A DNA stretch of 64,000 nt from Octopus bimaculoides (GCF_001194135.2 NC_068986.1:70547288-70611287); one strand, 5' to 3'. Shown: positions 41,395-53,959, counted from the stretch's first letter. The notes: a model not told the origin generated them from the letters alone. A program made the numbers and translations.

Positions 41395-41600
41395 AGTGTG
41401 AAAAAATGTTTCCGAAAGTCATGGGAGCTGTGCTGTTTTCTGACTTTGTAAGCATGCCCACGTGTGTTAGACACACAGGGCTCAAAAAGGTGCTCAAGGT
41501 TGACATGATGGTTAATAATTTTGTGGGTGTTTACTAAATCAGTTGCCAGATGTCGGAGCTTCACTGTACCTATTCCCAGAGAAGCAAAGCATTCAGAGTA
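41395..41600 (-). mobile_element. CR1 LINE 3' coding fragment
   Basis: LRHLATDLVNTHKII...SNTRGHAYKVRKQHSSHDFRKHFFT matches the CR1 ORF2 C-terminal TRGH..K....RK.FF motif. Confidence 0.8.
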
Positions 41601-41877
41601 TGGTAGATACCAGATGGAGGGTCCTCAATTTTTTTAAAAGATATTATTAACCAACAACAATCTTCTCAATCTGATTCTTCTATTCATTTTTACTTCTACT
41701 TAGACAAAATGGAGTGATTACACATACCAATATAATATATTCAAATGGAAACTGATCATTGCTCTTTTAACAATTGTTCCAATTTAAACTGTTATTTGTT
41801 ATATATTTCTTGAATATTTTTTTCAAATATATAAAATATACTAAAATACAATTTTTAAATTTGTATATCTTTTTCAG

Positions 41878-42021
41878 GATACACAAGATTTTTCCACTGA
41901 TTTTATTGAAATGGAAGGAGTGATGGAAAAACTACCCATGAATAAAAAAAAGTCAACCCTACTGAAAACTTGGAAAAGAAGATATTTTATGGCAAAAAAT
42001 GGATGGCTTGTTTACTATGAT
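41878..42021 (+). CDS. Coding exon B: N-terminal half of PH domain (DTQDFSTDFIEMEGVMEKLPMNKKKSTLLKTWKRRYFMAKNGWLVYYD)
   Basis: ttttcag acceptor, gtacat donor, 48 codons; EG..K...WKRRYF...G.L.YY is the PH beta1-beta3 signature; overlaps ORF 41911..42168. Confidence 0.88.
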
Positions 42022-42556
42022 GTACATCTATACTTTAATTATTTTTTTAAACAACTTTTTTTAAAAGCATACTCATTTATTGCAATTCTGTTAATTGTTG
42101 ATAGGGTAACACTTGATGAATCAATGATGGGGGATAGATCAAATGTATTAGTCAAGTCTGTTTATTGATCTTCTGCCATAAATTTGTATGTATATCTTGT
42201 CCCTTTAGAATTATTCTGCTCACTGGATGAATAGTGCAGGAACTTTTCTAGCTTTCACTGCATTAAGAAGCAGAAACATATTCCTGTTTGAACTGGAATC
42301 ACAGATTTGTATTTTACAATGGTATGATTCGATCATCATATTGCAAAGAAACACTTGACAATACGTCATCTATTTATACAAGATGAACTGCAGCTTCAAC
42401 AGTTTAATGTCTTAATCAAAGAGAGAAAGTAGGAGTTTGAACTATTAATGTTTTGGTTAGTTGACTAACATCTTAAACTTGTAAAAATCCCATCAGTTGT
42501 GACATTTAAATATTTTTTTTATAAAATACTTGAAAATACATAATTACTGAACAAAG

Positions 42557-42593
<37 letters not shown>

Positions 42594-43461
42594 ACAAAGT
42601 TATTTTATTCCACACAGGTAGAAATATAGAAAAAAATAGAAGTTGAAAATGCACTGAGAATAGTTAAAATATTTTTTATTAATATATTTCAGGCTTTACC
42701 TGGTTTCACAGTTTACACTGATTTTTAAAAAGTTCAAATAGAAAGACATGACTTATGTCACAGCTGTCTTGCTTCTGACTAATTTGAAGCTTGCCCTATC
42801 TTTATAGGGAGTTCATGGCCCAAATTAGTATGTTTTGAATAGGATTTGATTGGTTGAGGATAGTCACATGACTGGTCTTAGAAATTTTTGTAGGTTCCCC
42901 TTCTAAGTTCCATGTGTTAGTGCCAAGTGACAATGTTTGGCATCATAAGTTAAGGCTAACATGGTTCTGCCAACTGAAATAGTAGCAGAATCACTGTAAA
43001 TGTTTTTGCTCCATGGATTTTAAACTATGTTAAATCACTTCAAATGTCCTTTATTTTAAAGTTCATGAATTCATCTGATGAAAACGGTTTCTTTACAATA
43101 TAACGTTTTCATTAATCAATTAAAGGAGTCATTAGAAACAGCCATAATGGATTGACACCTGTACCTCTACTGTTACTCATTTATATTTTATTCACTTGTC
43201 TTGGAATCTGCTGTTCATAAATATTACGGACCATATATTTAATATAATGTACATGTCTGAATAGCTCAAGAGCAGATTTCTTCACTCAGCTGGGTCTAAT
43301 TGTCTACATACACTGCAAGAATATCATTCGGCCAGTACTTATGTACCAAGTTGATATTTACATAATATTCCAATCTAACAAGGTACCTCAATTTAAGTAC
43401 CTAATTCAACTGAATCTTACTTATATAATATATATATATATATTCTTTTTGCATATTTTAG

Positions 43462-43554
43462 AATTGTGGAGATCAGCAACCCAGTGATGAGATATTGTTG
43501 ATGGGAGGAAACATAACAGTTATGGGCAACAATGTAATTGGTATTGATGATGGC
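43462..43554 (+). CDS. Coding exon C: middle of PH domain (NCGDQQPSDEILLMGGNITVMGNNVIGIDDG)
   Basis: ttttag acceptor, gtaagt donor, 31 codons, phase 0/0, bridges exons B and D in frame. Confidence 0.85.
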
Positions 43555-43559
43555 GTAAG

Positions 43560-43592
<33 letters not shown>

Positions 43593-44435
43593 GTTATGCT
43601 CTCTGACAGGTTTATACTCAAGCCTGTGGCAATGGAGACCTCCAATGTTCTCCACCACCAGACCATATTCATCTCACCACTATCCACAAGTCCAAGCCCC
43701 GTAAGTCAGAGTAGCTGTTCCAGCACATCTTCCTCACCATCCTCCAGGGCAGTGCCTTTTCCATTTAATCTGTTGGGACCATTTCACTCATTAATTAAAA
43801 ATTTCTCCATATAAATTGCTTTGTTAAATTCTCATTTCTTTTAGAAATTTATAAAGATGCAGCAGCATTACTGAAACTAAATTATTTAATTATGCACAAA
43901 GGTTGTAAGGTTTAGGTGCTCAACTACTGGCTATATGGTCAGGAATTTAAAACCTGTTACTCCAGTCTTATAAACATACCTTATAACTCTGCTTTCAGCA
44001 GTTTGTATGGCTGATATCAGATTCCATTCTTTTTTCAAAGTTGAGTGGTTTGAAGTAAAAGAGGTATCCAACAAAAGAGGAATGAATGTTCAATCTACTA
44101 GAAATTGCAGTCATAGCTCTCTCACATTAAAGCCTACCATCTTCAATAAGTAACTGAATAATGTCATCTACACAATCTAAAAATAAAGATCGAATGGTCA
44201 CAGTTTGAACAACTTCGATCATAGGTTTCTTCAATCAGGCTTGACCTGAGATTAAACAACAACATTGTTCCAACAATTGTCCAAATTAAAAACAACAAAA
44301 TTTATAAAATTCTTTTAAATCCAACTTTGTTAGCAACAGCTGTTTGAAATCAAATTCATCAGTTCTTATTTCACAGTGTATGGCATGGCCTTTCAGTATC
44401 ATTGTTTTAATTTCTTGGGAATTGTTTTTGAAGAA

Positions 44436-45235
44436 TCATCATCATCATTGTAATGTCCATTTTCCATTTGGCATGGGTTGGATGGTTTGATTGGAGCTGT
44501 TAAGGCCAGGAGCCTCACCAGTCTCCACTGTCTGTTTTGGAATGGTTTCTTTGGCTGGATGCCCTTCCCAACAGCAATTGCCCTATAGAGTGTACTGGGT
44601 GCTTTTTACGTGACATCATCACCAGTGCTTTTAACATGGCACCAGCATGAGTACTTTTTATGTGACACCAGCACCAATATCAATTCTGCTGTAATGAACA
44701 GGTCTTCTTGAATACAGCAATGCGCCAGGTATTTCAGTCCAAAGTCATCGCCTTCATAAGACACAATGCCTTGAAATCAGCCTTCAATACTTTGTCCCAT
44801 GTCTTCTTGGGTTTCTCTCTTCCTCAAGTTCTATCCATTTTAAGCAATCAGCTCTTCATAGTTAAACACATGAGGAATATAATATTTATAATATTTCGGT
44901 CATATTTTCCTCATCTTGAATTTTTATGGTTGAAAAACAGTAAATTTAAAAATCATAATATTGCCTAGAGTCAAAAGCCAGCCAGCTTTGAAAAACAATA
45001 ATTTCTAACATGGGTACAATATTGTAAATTTGTATGAGTGTTCAGGGGTGCTATGGCAATTCATTGATTAAATTGACCCTAGTACTTGATCGAAATGGAT
45101 GAAAGAGCAAGAAGACTGACAGAATTTAAATTCAGATTGTAAGGAGCCAGAACAAATACCACAAGGTACTTTGTTCAGTTCTCCAATGATTCAAAGCAGT
45201 TTGGATTAAGCTTGCATGATTTGAGGCAGTCTGGA
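44436..45235. repeat. Composite block copy 1 (RTE tail + AT-rich spacer + degenerate SINE B)
   Basis: Colinear over about 800 bp with 61295-62049. Confidence 0.85.
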
Positions 45236-46715
45236 TTAAGTCTGCTCATACTCAGTTCCTTCTTCATCCACATATATAAACTTAGCTTACACACACACAC
45301 ACACACACACACAGCATTTCACTTTACCATCTTCCCCCACACTTGCAATACACATAAGCTGAATTCACACATACTATATTTTTATTCTCACACTTATTTC
45401 CCTGAGTATTGTTCACTCTTATTTGCCTAAAATCAGCTTCTTTGCTCCACTATACTTCCAGCCTGCTGTCTTTGAACCAACATTATGCTTTTTCTTTCCA
45501 TTTTTTTTCTTTTTCCTCTCTTTCTTTCTGTTTTGATAGAGGACCAATGTCTGAAATATTGACTCCCTTTTTATTTCCTTTATTCCATTAATTATATTGG
45601 CTTTTGATAGTTTCCATTGTTCTTTTTTCTTTACTTAGTTTTTAATGTGACCCTCCTGGTTATTATTTTTTTTTACTTGGATATTAAATAGGTATGTGGC
45701 TAAAGATCTGCTGGTTTGTATCCCAACATTAATGTTGCATCTATTGCCAAGATGCTTAACTCTTACTGGTATTATAGGGCTATGAGTTTGTATAGCTCAG
45801 TCCAAAAAGGAACAGATATTTTGCTAGTAGTAGTGTTAGGTCTGAATTTTAGTGTTGACCTGGAGTAAGTAATGAATATATCAGTGTATCCTGCTAATAA
45901 TCTCAAAAGCACCAAGAGCATTCTCAGTGCAAAAATGTGATTTTTTTGCAATGCAGTTTCAGATCACCATTTCTAAAATATTTACAATTACATGACAGAA
46001 TAATTAAAAACATTAGACTTAATCTCTATGAACTTCTTGCAGCTGTTTTGTTTAATTTTGTTTGATGATGTCCTTCTAAATTTAGTATAAACTCCCTAAT
46101 TGTTTTTCAAATTTGTTTTAACTCTTTTCAGTCCATATCTAATGCGCAACTGCTTATACTGTATACAAACAAGTATACTAGACAAATTGACTCTCCCATT
46201 CAGTGAATCACCTCTATTCTTTTATTAATATTTTTAAAAATTCATACCTGAAGCTATCGAGTTTCTATTTGTCAGTTACATACCCTGTACAGCTCAATAT
46301 CTAAACAAAATCTTTTGTCATTAACCTGTTGTCACCAAACTACCACTTTTTTTACAGTTCATTGCTTTAGCAGGTCACCTAAATATTAATCTCTAGTTAC
46401 TGGTAGCCTGCCTATCATGCTGTCACATTTCCAAAACTGAGTGCACTTTTTCTTGTTCTATATTCAGACCAGCCCTCTTAAATATTTCTTTTTGTAATTT
46501 TGTCATTTTAGTTATGCTGGCTCTCTAATAACAAAAAATATTCATCCTAATAAGTGTATAATTATGGTTATGACCAATGCAGTGAGATACTAGTGTATGT
46601 GTATTTAGCAATCAAAACACTCTCCTAAGACATTTTAGGTTTGCCTCATTGATAATATTCATAACTGGCATTACTACTTTCTTTTCTTCTCTCTCATAAA
46701 TATATATACATAATA

Positions 46716-47520
46716 TCATCATCATCGTTTAACGTCCATTTTCTATACTGACATGGGTTGAATGGCTTAGGAGCTGGCAAACCAGAGGACTGCAGCAAGA
46801 TCCACTGTCTCTTTTTGCATGGTTTTTACAGCTGGATGCTCTTCCTAATGCCAACCAAATTACAGAATGGACTAGGTGCTTTTTATATGGTACCAGCACT
46901 GGTGAGGTCTATTTTAGCATTGTTTTTACAGCTGGGTACCCTTCCTAACACCACCCCTTTACAGAGGGAGTGAATGCATTTTACGTGGCACCAGCATGTT
47001 GAGGTCTGTTTTGGCATGGTTTTTACAGCTGGATGCCCTTCCTAATGTCAACTCTTTACCAAGTGAAGTGAGTGCATTTTACGTGGCACCAGCACTGGTG
47101 AGGTCTGTTTTGACATGATTTTTACAAGTGGTGCCCTTCTTAATGCCAACCACTTTACAGAGTGGACTGAATGCCTTTTTATGTGGCACTAGGACCAGTG
47201 AGATTACCAAGTAACTGGCAAGATGAAGATCCTTTGAGAGGTAGTTTTGTGCCAGGTAATGAGAAGTTAGAACATGATAGAGGGACAGAAAATGGGGGTC
47301 TTGCTGTAGAGGAGATGTACGGTGACCCTAGTTAGAGGGAGACAACAAAAGAGAGAGAGAGTGTGAGTGAGAATGAGAGAGAGCAAAAGTGAGAGGGAGC
47401 AAGAGAGAAGTTGGCAATGTGCCAGGGCATACTCTGAAGGTATGGGGATGAGAATATAAATGAGATGGTAGAACACAGCTGAGTGTGCATGAGTAAGGAG
47501 TTCATGTGAATGCAATAAGT
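46716..47520 (-). mobile_element. RTE-tailed element with four tandem ~98-bp units and a purine-rich (+) distal part
   Basis: Units start near 46813, 46912, 47009, 47108; related two-unit copy at 60362-60920. Confidence 0.75.
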
Positions 47521-47739
47521 GGGGGTTAGAGGGTTGCAGGGACTAGTGAAAAAACTGATCACTCCTTTGTCTTGCCAACTGAAGTGAATATACTTCCCAA
47601 ATGAGATCTAAGTACATCAAAAATGTCTGTTGCTTTTACCAGTTGGCTTTAAAGGCAAGATCCACTCGTAACTCCATTGTCTTTATGTTCCAAACAGTTG
47701 CATTAACGGATATCATTAAAGTTATGTTTCTCTTGCTGT

Positions 47740-47913
47740 TTGGTTAGAAGTTTGCTTCCCAACCACATGATTTGAGGTTCAATCCTACTGCATGACATCT
47801 TGGACAAGTGTCTTCTACCATTGCCCTATGTTAGCCAAAGCCTTGTGAGTGGATTTGGTAGATGGAAACTGAAGGAAGCCCATCATTTGTGTGTGTGTGT
47901 TTATGTTAGACCA

Positions 47914-47959
<46 letters not shown>

Positions 47960-47990
47960 ATGTATGTATGTACACACACACACACACACA
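47740..47990 (+). mobile_element. SINE family C 5' half
   Basis: ggttagaagtttgcttcccaaccacatg...aaagccttgtgagtggatttggtagatggaaactgaaggaagccc then microsatellite. Confidence 0.8.
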
Positions 47991-48001
47991 TATATATATA
48001 C

Positions 48002-48249
48002 ATAAGTTGTTATGATAAAGTCAAACCAAATAGTTATATTTTGAAATCATTTGATATGTATATTTCAGGTCTGCATGACATAAAATAGAAAATGCACCTG
48101 TTATGCAAGACCTTTCTCAAAATGTATTAACTGATGAAGATCTTGTGCAATGGATGCATTTCCTATTATACATCATGCAGGTCTGAAACATACATATTAA
48201 ATGATTTCACAATATAACTATCTGGTTTGATTTCATTTTTACAACTTAT
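48002..48249. repeat. ~250-bp foldback hairpin (arms ~110 bp, loop ~26 nt)
   Basis: ataagttgt...tcaaaccaaatagttatatt...ctgcatga / tcatgcag...aatataactatctggtttga...acaacttat. Confidence 0.85.
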
Positions 48250-48251
48250 AC

Positions 48252-48470
48252 GTAAGGCGATGAGCTGGCAGAATCATTAGCATGCCGGGCAAAATGCTTA
48301 GTGGCATTTCGTCTGTATTTACGATCTCAGTTCAAATTCCACCAAGGTCAACTTTGCCTTTCGTTCTTTTGGGGTCAGTAATATAAGTACCAGTTACACA
48401 CTAGGAGTGATGTATGTAATTAGCCCCTACCCCCAAATTTCAGGCCTTGTGCTTATAGTAGAATGGATTA
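48252..48470 (+). mobile_element. SINE family B with 13-bp target-site duplication ttacaacttatac
   Basis: TSD at 48239-48251 and 48471-48483 flanks aaggcgatgagctggcagaatc...gaatggatta. Confidence 0.9.
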
Positions 48471-49389
48471 TTACAACTTATACAACTTGATGCCAGTACA
48501 AACCAGCCAATCCAGACTCCATTTATGCAGATATACTAACAAGGATTTGGAATTGTTATATTTGACTCAAGTCACAAATCCTAGCATCATGCATCACTTT
48601 TTAGTGTTGTTATACATCTATAATATATGAAGTTCATAACATAACCATTGTTTTTCTTGTGTCATTTCTTTTTCTTATTACTGCTCTATACTCATCTAAT
48701 ACTTTGTTCTGAAACATACATACATGTTGTTAGTCTTGAAATGCCTAGGCAAGATATATGTGTCTGTGTACACAAGATATATATATATATATGTGACCAA
48801 GATATGAAGATATTTAGTACAGAATTGGATAGTGTCGAGAAACAATCTTTTAACTACACTATTAACTATTACGTCAGCCCTGATCAAGTAAATCTGGAGT
48901 TAAAAGCATTCCAAAAACAACCATCCCATTTTTATTACGCAAATATCATAAATAAAATTGTATATGTGTATATCTTTTTTGGTACTGCTTCATGCAACTC
49001 TAATTATTTCTCGCTTGAACAAACTTCATACACATCAGTAAATTTACTGTTTGCTTTTTTTATCTATGAGAACAATTGTTCTTATGAAAGGTTGTTCAAC
49101 ATTTGTGGCTGATGATGTTTATCAATGCAGAAACACAGCATCCATGACCCAATGATGTAATTCACTGCCCAGAGTGTTTTCACACATATTTTCCAACAGG
49201 ATAAACTTTTCATGAAACTATTTCTGCCATGAACGGTTTTCTCACTTCTGAGTGAACAGGAATTCTTTAAATGTCATTGTACATGCTTCTATTTTATTCA
49301 ATATTACTCTGTGCGACTCTGTTTAATATATGTGTGGATGTGCAGAGTATTTATTTGTGTGTGCGTGTGTCTGTGTCTGTGTACACATC

Positions 49390-49801
49390 TAAGTGTAACC
49401 CATGCCAGTGGCACATAAATAGCACCTTTTGTGCCTCATAGAGAGGCCAAGACAACATATTACCAAGACATTTGGCAACATGCTGTGCTCGAAAACAAGA
49501 CACATCAAGCAAAATGAACTTGTAGTCATGGCACATACTGGTGTCATGCAACTGGCACTCATGCCAGTAGCACACAAAAGCACCCATTACACTCTCTGAG
49601 TGGTTGGCATTAGGAAGAGCTTCCAGCCATAGACACTGTACCAAATATGACTAAAGTTTAGTGCAACCCCTTCACTGACCAACCTTGGTCAAACCATTCA
49701 GCATATGCAAGCATGGACAATTGACATTAAATGATGATGATGGTGATGATGTTATATATATATAAGCATATATATATATATACACACACACATATATATA
49801 A

Positions 49802-49841
<40 letters not shown>

Positions 49842-50370
49842 GTCTCTTAAAGGATAGAGCTCAAAATCAATGCATTTTTACGCAGTAAACCGGGCGGTGT
49901 ACGTCGCTGGATTTCGGTTGACTGGTTTGTTTACNNNNNNNNNNNNNNNNNNNNNNNNNNNNNNNNNNNNNNNNNNNNNNNNNNNNNNNNNNNNNNNNNN
50001 NNNNNNNNNNNNNNNNNNNNNNNNNNNNNNNNNNATATATATATATATATATATATGTATATGTATGTATGTGTACATGTGTGTGTATGTATATATGTGT
50101 GTGTATAGATATGTATGTTATCATCATCATCATCATCATTTAACATCCACTTTCCAGGCTGGCATGGATTGGACGGTTTGACTGAAGACTGGTAAACCAA
50201 GAGGCTGCACCAAGCTCCAATCTGTTCTGGCAAGGTTTCTACAGCTAGATACCCTTTGTTATGCCAACCACTCCAAGAGTGCAGTGTGTGCTTTTTACGT
50301 GCCACTGGCACGGGGGCCAGTCAGGTGGCACTGGCATCAACCATGGTGCTATTTACATCCTACCGGCACA
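49390..50370. mobile_element. Two convergent RTE 3' tail fragments (49390-49745 +, 50118-50370 -)
   Basis: First ends attaaatgatgatgat; second starts catcatcatttaacatcc. Confidence 0.75.
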
Positions 50371-50410
50371 TATATAGATACATGTGTGTGTTTATATATA
50401 TGTATATATT

Positions 50411-50457
<47 letters not shown>

Positions 50458-50670
50458 NNNNNNNNNNNNNNNNNNNNNNNNNNNNNNNNNNNNNNNNNNN
50501 NNNNNNNNNNNNNNNNNNNNNNNNNNNNNNNNNNNNNNNNNNNNNNNNNNNNNNNNNNNNNNNNNNNNNNNNNNNNNNNNNNNNNNNNNNNNNNNNNNNN
50601 NNNNNNNNNNNNNNNNNNNNNNNNNNNNNNNNNNNNNNNNNNNNNNNNNNNNNNNNNNNNNNNNNNNNNN

Positions 50671-50704
<34 letters not shown>

Positions 50705-50834
50705 ATATACATTTGTGTGTGTGTATGCGTGCATTCATGTATGTATGTATATAATTTTATGTAATAGTTATTAAGACGATAAAATTATTTTATACTAGAT
50801 TGTTCATTGATGGCATTTGTTTTGTGTTGAATAG

Positions 50835-50975
50835 AGGGGTCATTACCTGATGGTGCGATGTCCTTCAGCAAATGAATATGATCAATGGTTAGCTGCACTT
50901 CAGAGTCAAACAGTAGATAACTTAAAAGCTAACTATATCCAGCCTTTGGTAGATGCTCCAAAATCTTCTTATAAG
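50835..50975 (+). CDS. Coding exon D: PH beta7 + C-terminal helix + linker (RGHYLMVRCPSANEYDQWLAALQSQTVDNLKANYIQPLVDAPKSSYK)
   Basis: aatag acceptor, gtaaga donor, 47 codons; EYDQWLAAL is the conserved-Trp PH helix; overlaps ORF 50850..51056. Confidence 0.88.
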
Positions 50976-51105
50976 GTAAGAAATTTACATGACTTTCCTC
51001 TTTCATATTTTGATCAGTTGAACATATGCATTCTACCAGTCCACATCATCACCTAAACTGAACATCTTGCATAAAGGGTCAGCATGCTTGGGAATGTCTC
51101 TGTGG

Positions 51106-51344
51106 CAATTCTATCAACTAGAAATAGCAACAAAATCACTTTCAAATGACATTCTACGAATTTAAAGGGATAGGTTTATTAGTATGTTCCTAAATATACT
51201 AGACTTGATAAATACAAAAGGTGGAGCAATTCTATCTACTAGAAATAGCAGCAAAATCACCTTCAGATGACCTACTAACTTAAAAGGATGCATTTACTAT
51301 TATGTTCCTAAATATGCTAGGCTTGAAAAATACAAAAGGTTGAA
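51106..51344 (+). repeat. ~120-bp tandem duplication within an unclassified repeat
   Basis: caattctatc.actagaaatagca.caaaatcac.ttca.atgac...atgttcctaaatat.ctag.cttga.aaatacaaaaggt twice; family relative at 44090-44270. Confidence 0.8.
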
Positions 51345-52122
51345 TAGTCCTGGTTGGAATGCCTTTTGATCATAGATTCTTAAGCAAATCTGATCCAGTA
51401 CTAAACAGCAATGTAAATCTTTTGCATTTTATGAGAGGTGTAACCTAAACTAGCATAGACATTTACCTCCAGAATCTCTTTGCAGTAATTTCATTGTAGT
51501 CTGAACCACCTTATGCAAATTTGTCTCTGGATTATGGATTTGATTTTTCTAATATGTATTTAAAAGTGCTGCTACATAAATCTAAATCCTAGATTTGAAA
51601 AGCATTCTATAACAAATGATTATGAACAAAATAAAATCTCTCAAATGTATCAAAAATTGTTATCAAATCCATTTCTTAATCTTTTATGATTTCTTATACA
51701 TCAAACTGTGAAGCATGTGGCCTAGTAGTTAGGATTTTGCACTCACAATCACTAGATCATGGGTTCAGTTCCCAGACCAGACAGCTTGTTGTATTCTTAA
51801 GTGAGACACTTTATTTCACATTGCTCTGCAGGTGGTAAAGTGGCAGAATTGTTGACACATTTGCAGAAATGCCTTACAGTATATCTCTTGACTTTCTACA
51901 CTCTGAGTTAAAATTCCACCTGCCTTGAGAAGGCAATGGGAAACCACTCCACTATTCATCACAAGTCTAGTCAGGGTAGCCAAAGTTCCAGTAATCTATT
52001 TAGCAGTGGCAGGGGAAGGTATGGGGCCACCCATGTCATATAGAAAATACTGGAGGAGGTTCACATGCACAGGGATCTGCCCAAGTGCAGATCACTGTTA
52101 GACTAGACTAGCAATAATAATA

Positions 52123-52481
52123 AGAGCACTCAGAGAGTGTAAACCTCCTCCAAGGCAACACCAACGTCCTCTCAACGATTAGCCAGAGATGATTTTTAAA
52201 ATGAGAATATCTGAAAATAAACTTGACTGCTCTCACAAACGAGAATACTGAAAATGAACCTGACTGCTCTCAAAAATTAAGTAAAAAAACAGGAAAAATA
52301 AGCTGTAATCCTTGTCCAGTACCAGATCGATCCCAAAATCTAATCAGTTTGTGCCAGTTATGAGGCCAAACATCCCTGAAAGTTTCATCCGAATCTATCC
52401 AGTGGTTCTTGAGATATCTTGTCCACAGACAAATAAACACGATTGAAAACAATACTTCCGTCTTTGCTAAGGCAGAGGTAA
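52123..52481. mobile_element. Helentron/HINE (DINE-1/pearl-like) non-autonomous element
   Basis: Terminal hairpin tacttccgtc-tttgctaa-ggcagaggta, subterminal acctcctccaaggc, internal ~37-bp tandem pair, TAA/TT flanks. Confidence 0.65.
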
Positions 52482-52559
52482 TAATTTTAAAGAATGTAGT
52501 TTCAGGTAAATAATTGTGCAGTGCTAATTATGAAGAGAGGCTAGATGATAAACTCTCGT

Positions 52560-52890
52560 GGCATAAAATTACTATACATCATTAGATTGCTGTAGAATAG
52601 TGAGGAATAGAAATACCTAGGGAAAGTGTAAGTCAATAGGATAATGAAAGAGGAAATTAGAGAGAAAATCTTTAAAAAGTACAAGAGGAGAATTAGTAAT
52701 GTGCTTGAAACAAAGTTAAATGAAAGGAATATCATTAAAGCAATAAATACAAGGGCTATGTCAGTATTAGGATACTCTGCTCCTTTTCTGAAATGGGCAA
52801 AATTTGAGCTACAAAACTTAGAGAGAAGAACTAGAAAGCTGCTCACAATGCACAAGGTACACCACCCTAAAAGTAACACTGACATACTCT
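52560..52890 (+). mobile_element. R4/Dong-like non-LTR retrotransposon, post-RT fragment
   Basis: ORF 52644..52967: YKRRISNVLETKLNERNIIKAINTRA...ERRTRKLLTMHKVHHPKS. Confidence 0.8.
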
Positions 52891-53959
52891 GTGTGCCTGA
52901 ATCCCATACAAGATTGAGCCATGTGTACAATAATATTATGCATGTCACCAAGAAAATCCCTCCCTAGTTCATAAATGGAGCAACATGCTTACTCCCCAAA
53001 AGTGATGAAAGTAATAACCCTCAAAAAAAACTAATAACATACTTTACAGCCATGTATAAAATACCCACATCTATCATTACTGTAAAAACCCATGTAATTT
53101 ATGCACTTTTTTCGCAAAAACAAAAATAAACTTTAGGGGTATGTAAATTACATGAGTAGACCGTTTCCAGAATTTTTTTAGAAATTTTTTGTCAGAATTG
53201 GTTTTTACAGAAAAAATATAATGAAGTTGACTTTTATTTATGCTGGACAGGATAATGCTTACTTTTTCTGTATAAATTTGCTAAAACCATTAAATGGTTA
53301 ACTACTTTTTGAAGTTTGACTTTCATGCTAGTAATCATGGTCTGGGTCATATTTTACATTGCTTGGAGTTTCTACATATTGCAATGGAGCCCAGCAATTT
53401 CCTTAAATAGATCAGTTTTTCTCCGCTTAGGGAGTCTAGCTTGTGTTTGCACCAGGAAGCTATTTGCTCGCTTTCTCCACGTTATGACACAATGAAGATC
53501 CAATACAGTCATTGATTGGTTAAAATTACCCAAATACGACAACTTTAACATGAAATAACTTCTAAATTACAAAATTTTGTCAAAAACGTTAAGAGTAAAC
53601 CCTGTTCTACATAACACATTCTACCAGTATCCAAAATTTCAAAGTGTTTAGTTTTAAAAAATTAATTAAAAAATCTGTATGTGAAATGGAATAGATCCTG
53701 AAATTCCTCACCACCGATATCACCGCGCTATCAGTCCTTACTGCATCTAACATCGACATCATAATTAATCCTTGTGCATGTAAACTCACTAAGTGAATAT
53801 GACTTAGCATTCCTACAGAAACCTTCATTTACCCTAGACAATGTCTAATGTTGTTTCACATTCATGTTGAATTATGCAGCAATCTTGTTCTCTTCATAGA
53901 ACACTTGTAATGTATGTATTACCAGTTCTTTTGGTATAGTAGATTTTTGCTATTCTTAT

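Noticed and set aside
48069-48180. Apparent exon (tttcag...atgcag gt) between exons C and D
   Set aside because: It is the centre of the 48002-48249 hairpin, and exons C and D already join in frame to complete the PH domain
48648-49112. 154-aa ORF
   Set aside because: AT-rich, low-complexity, no domain motif; likely chance
41878-50975. Assigning a known gene name (e.g. VEPH1/melted, ACTL6, ARP) to the gene
   Set aside because: PH sequence and domain order do not match those families well enough; symbol left empty
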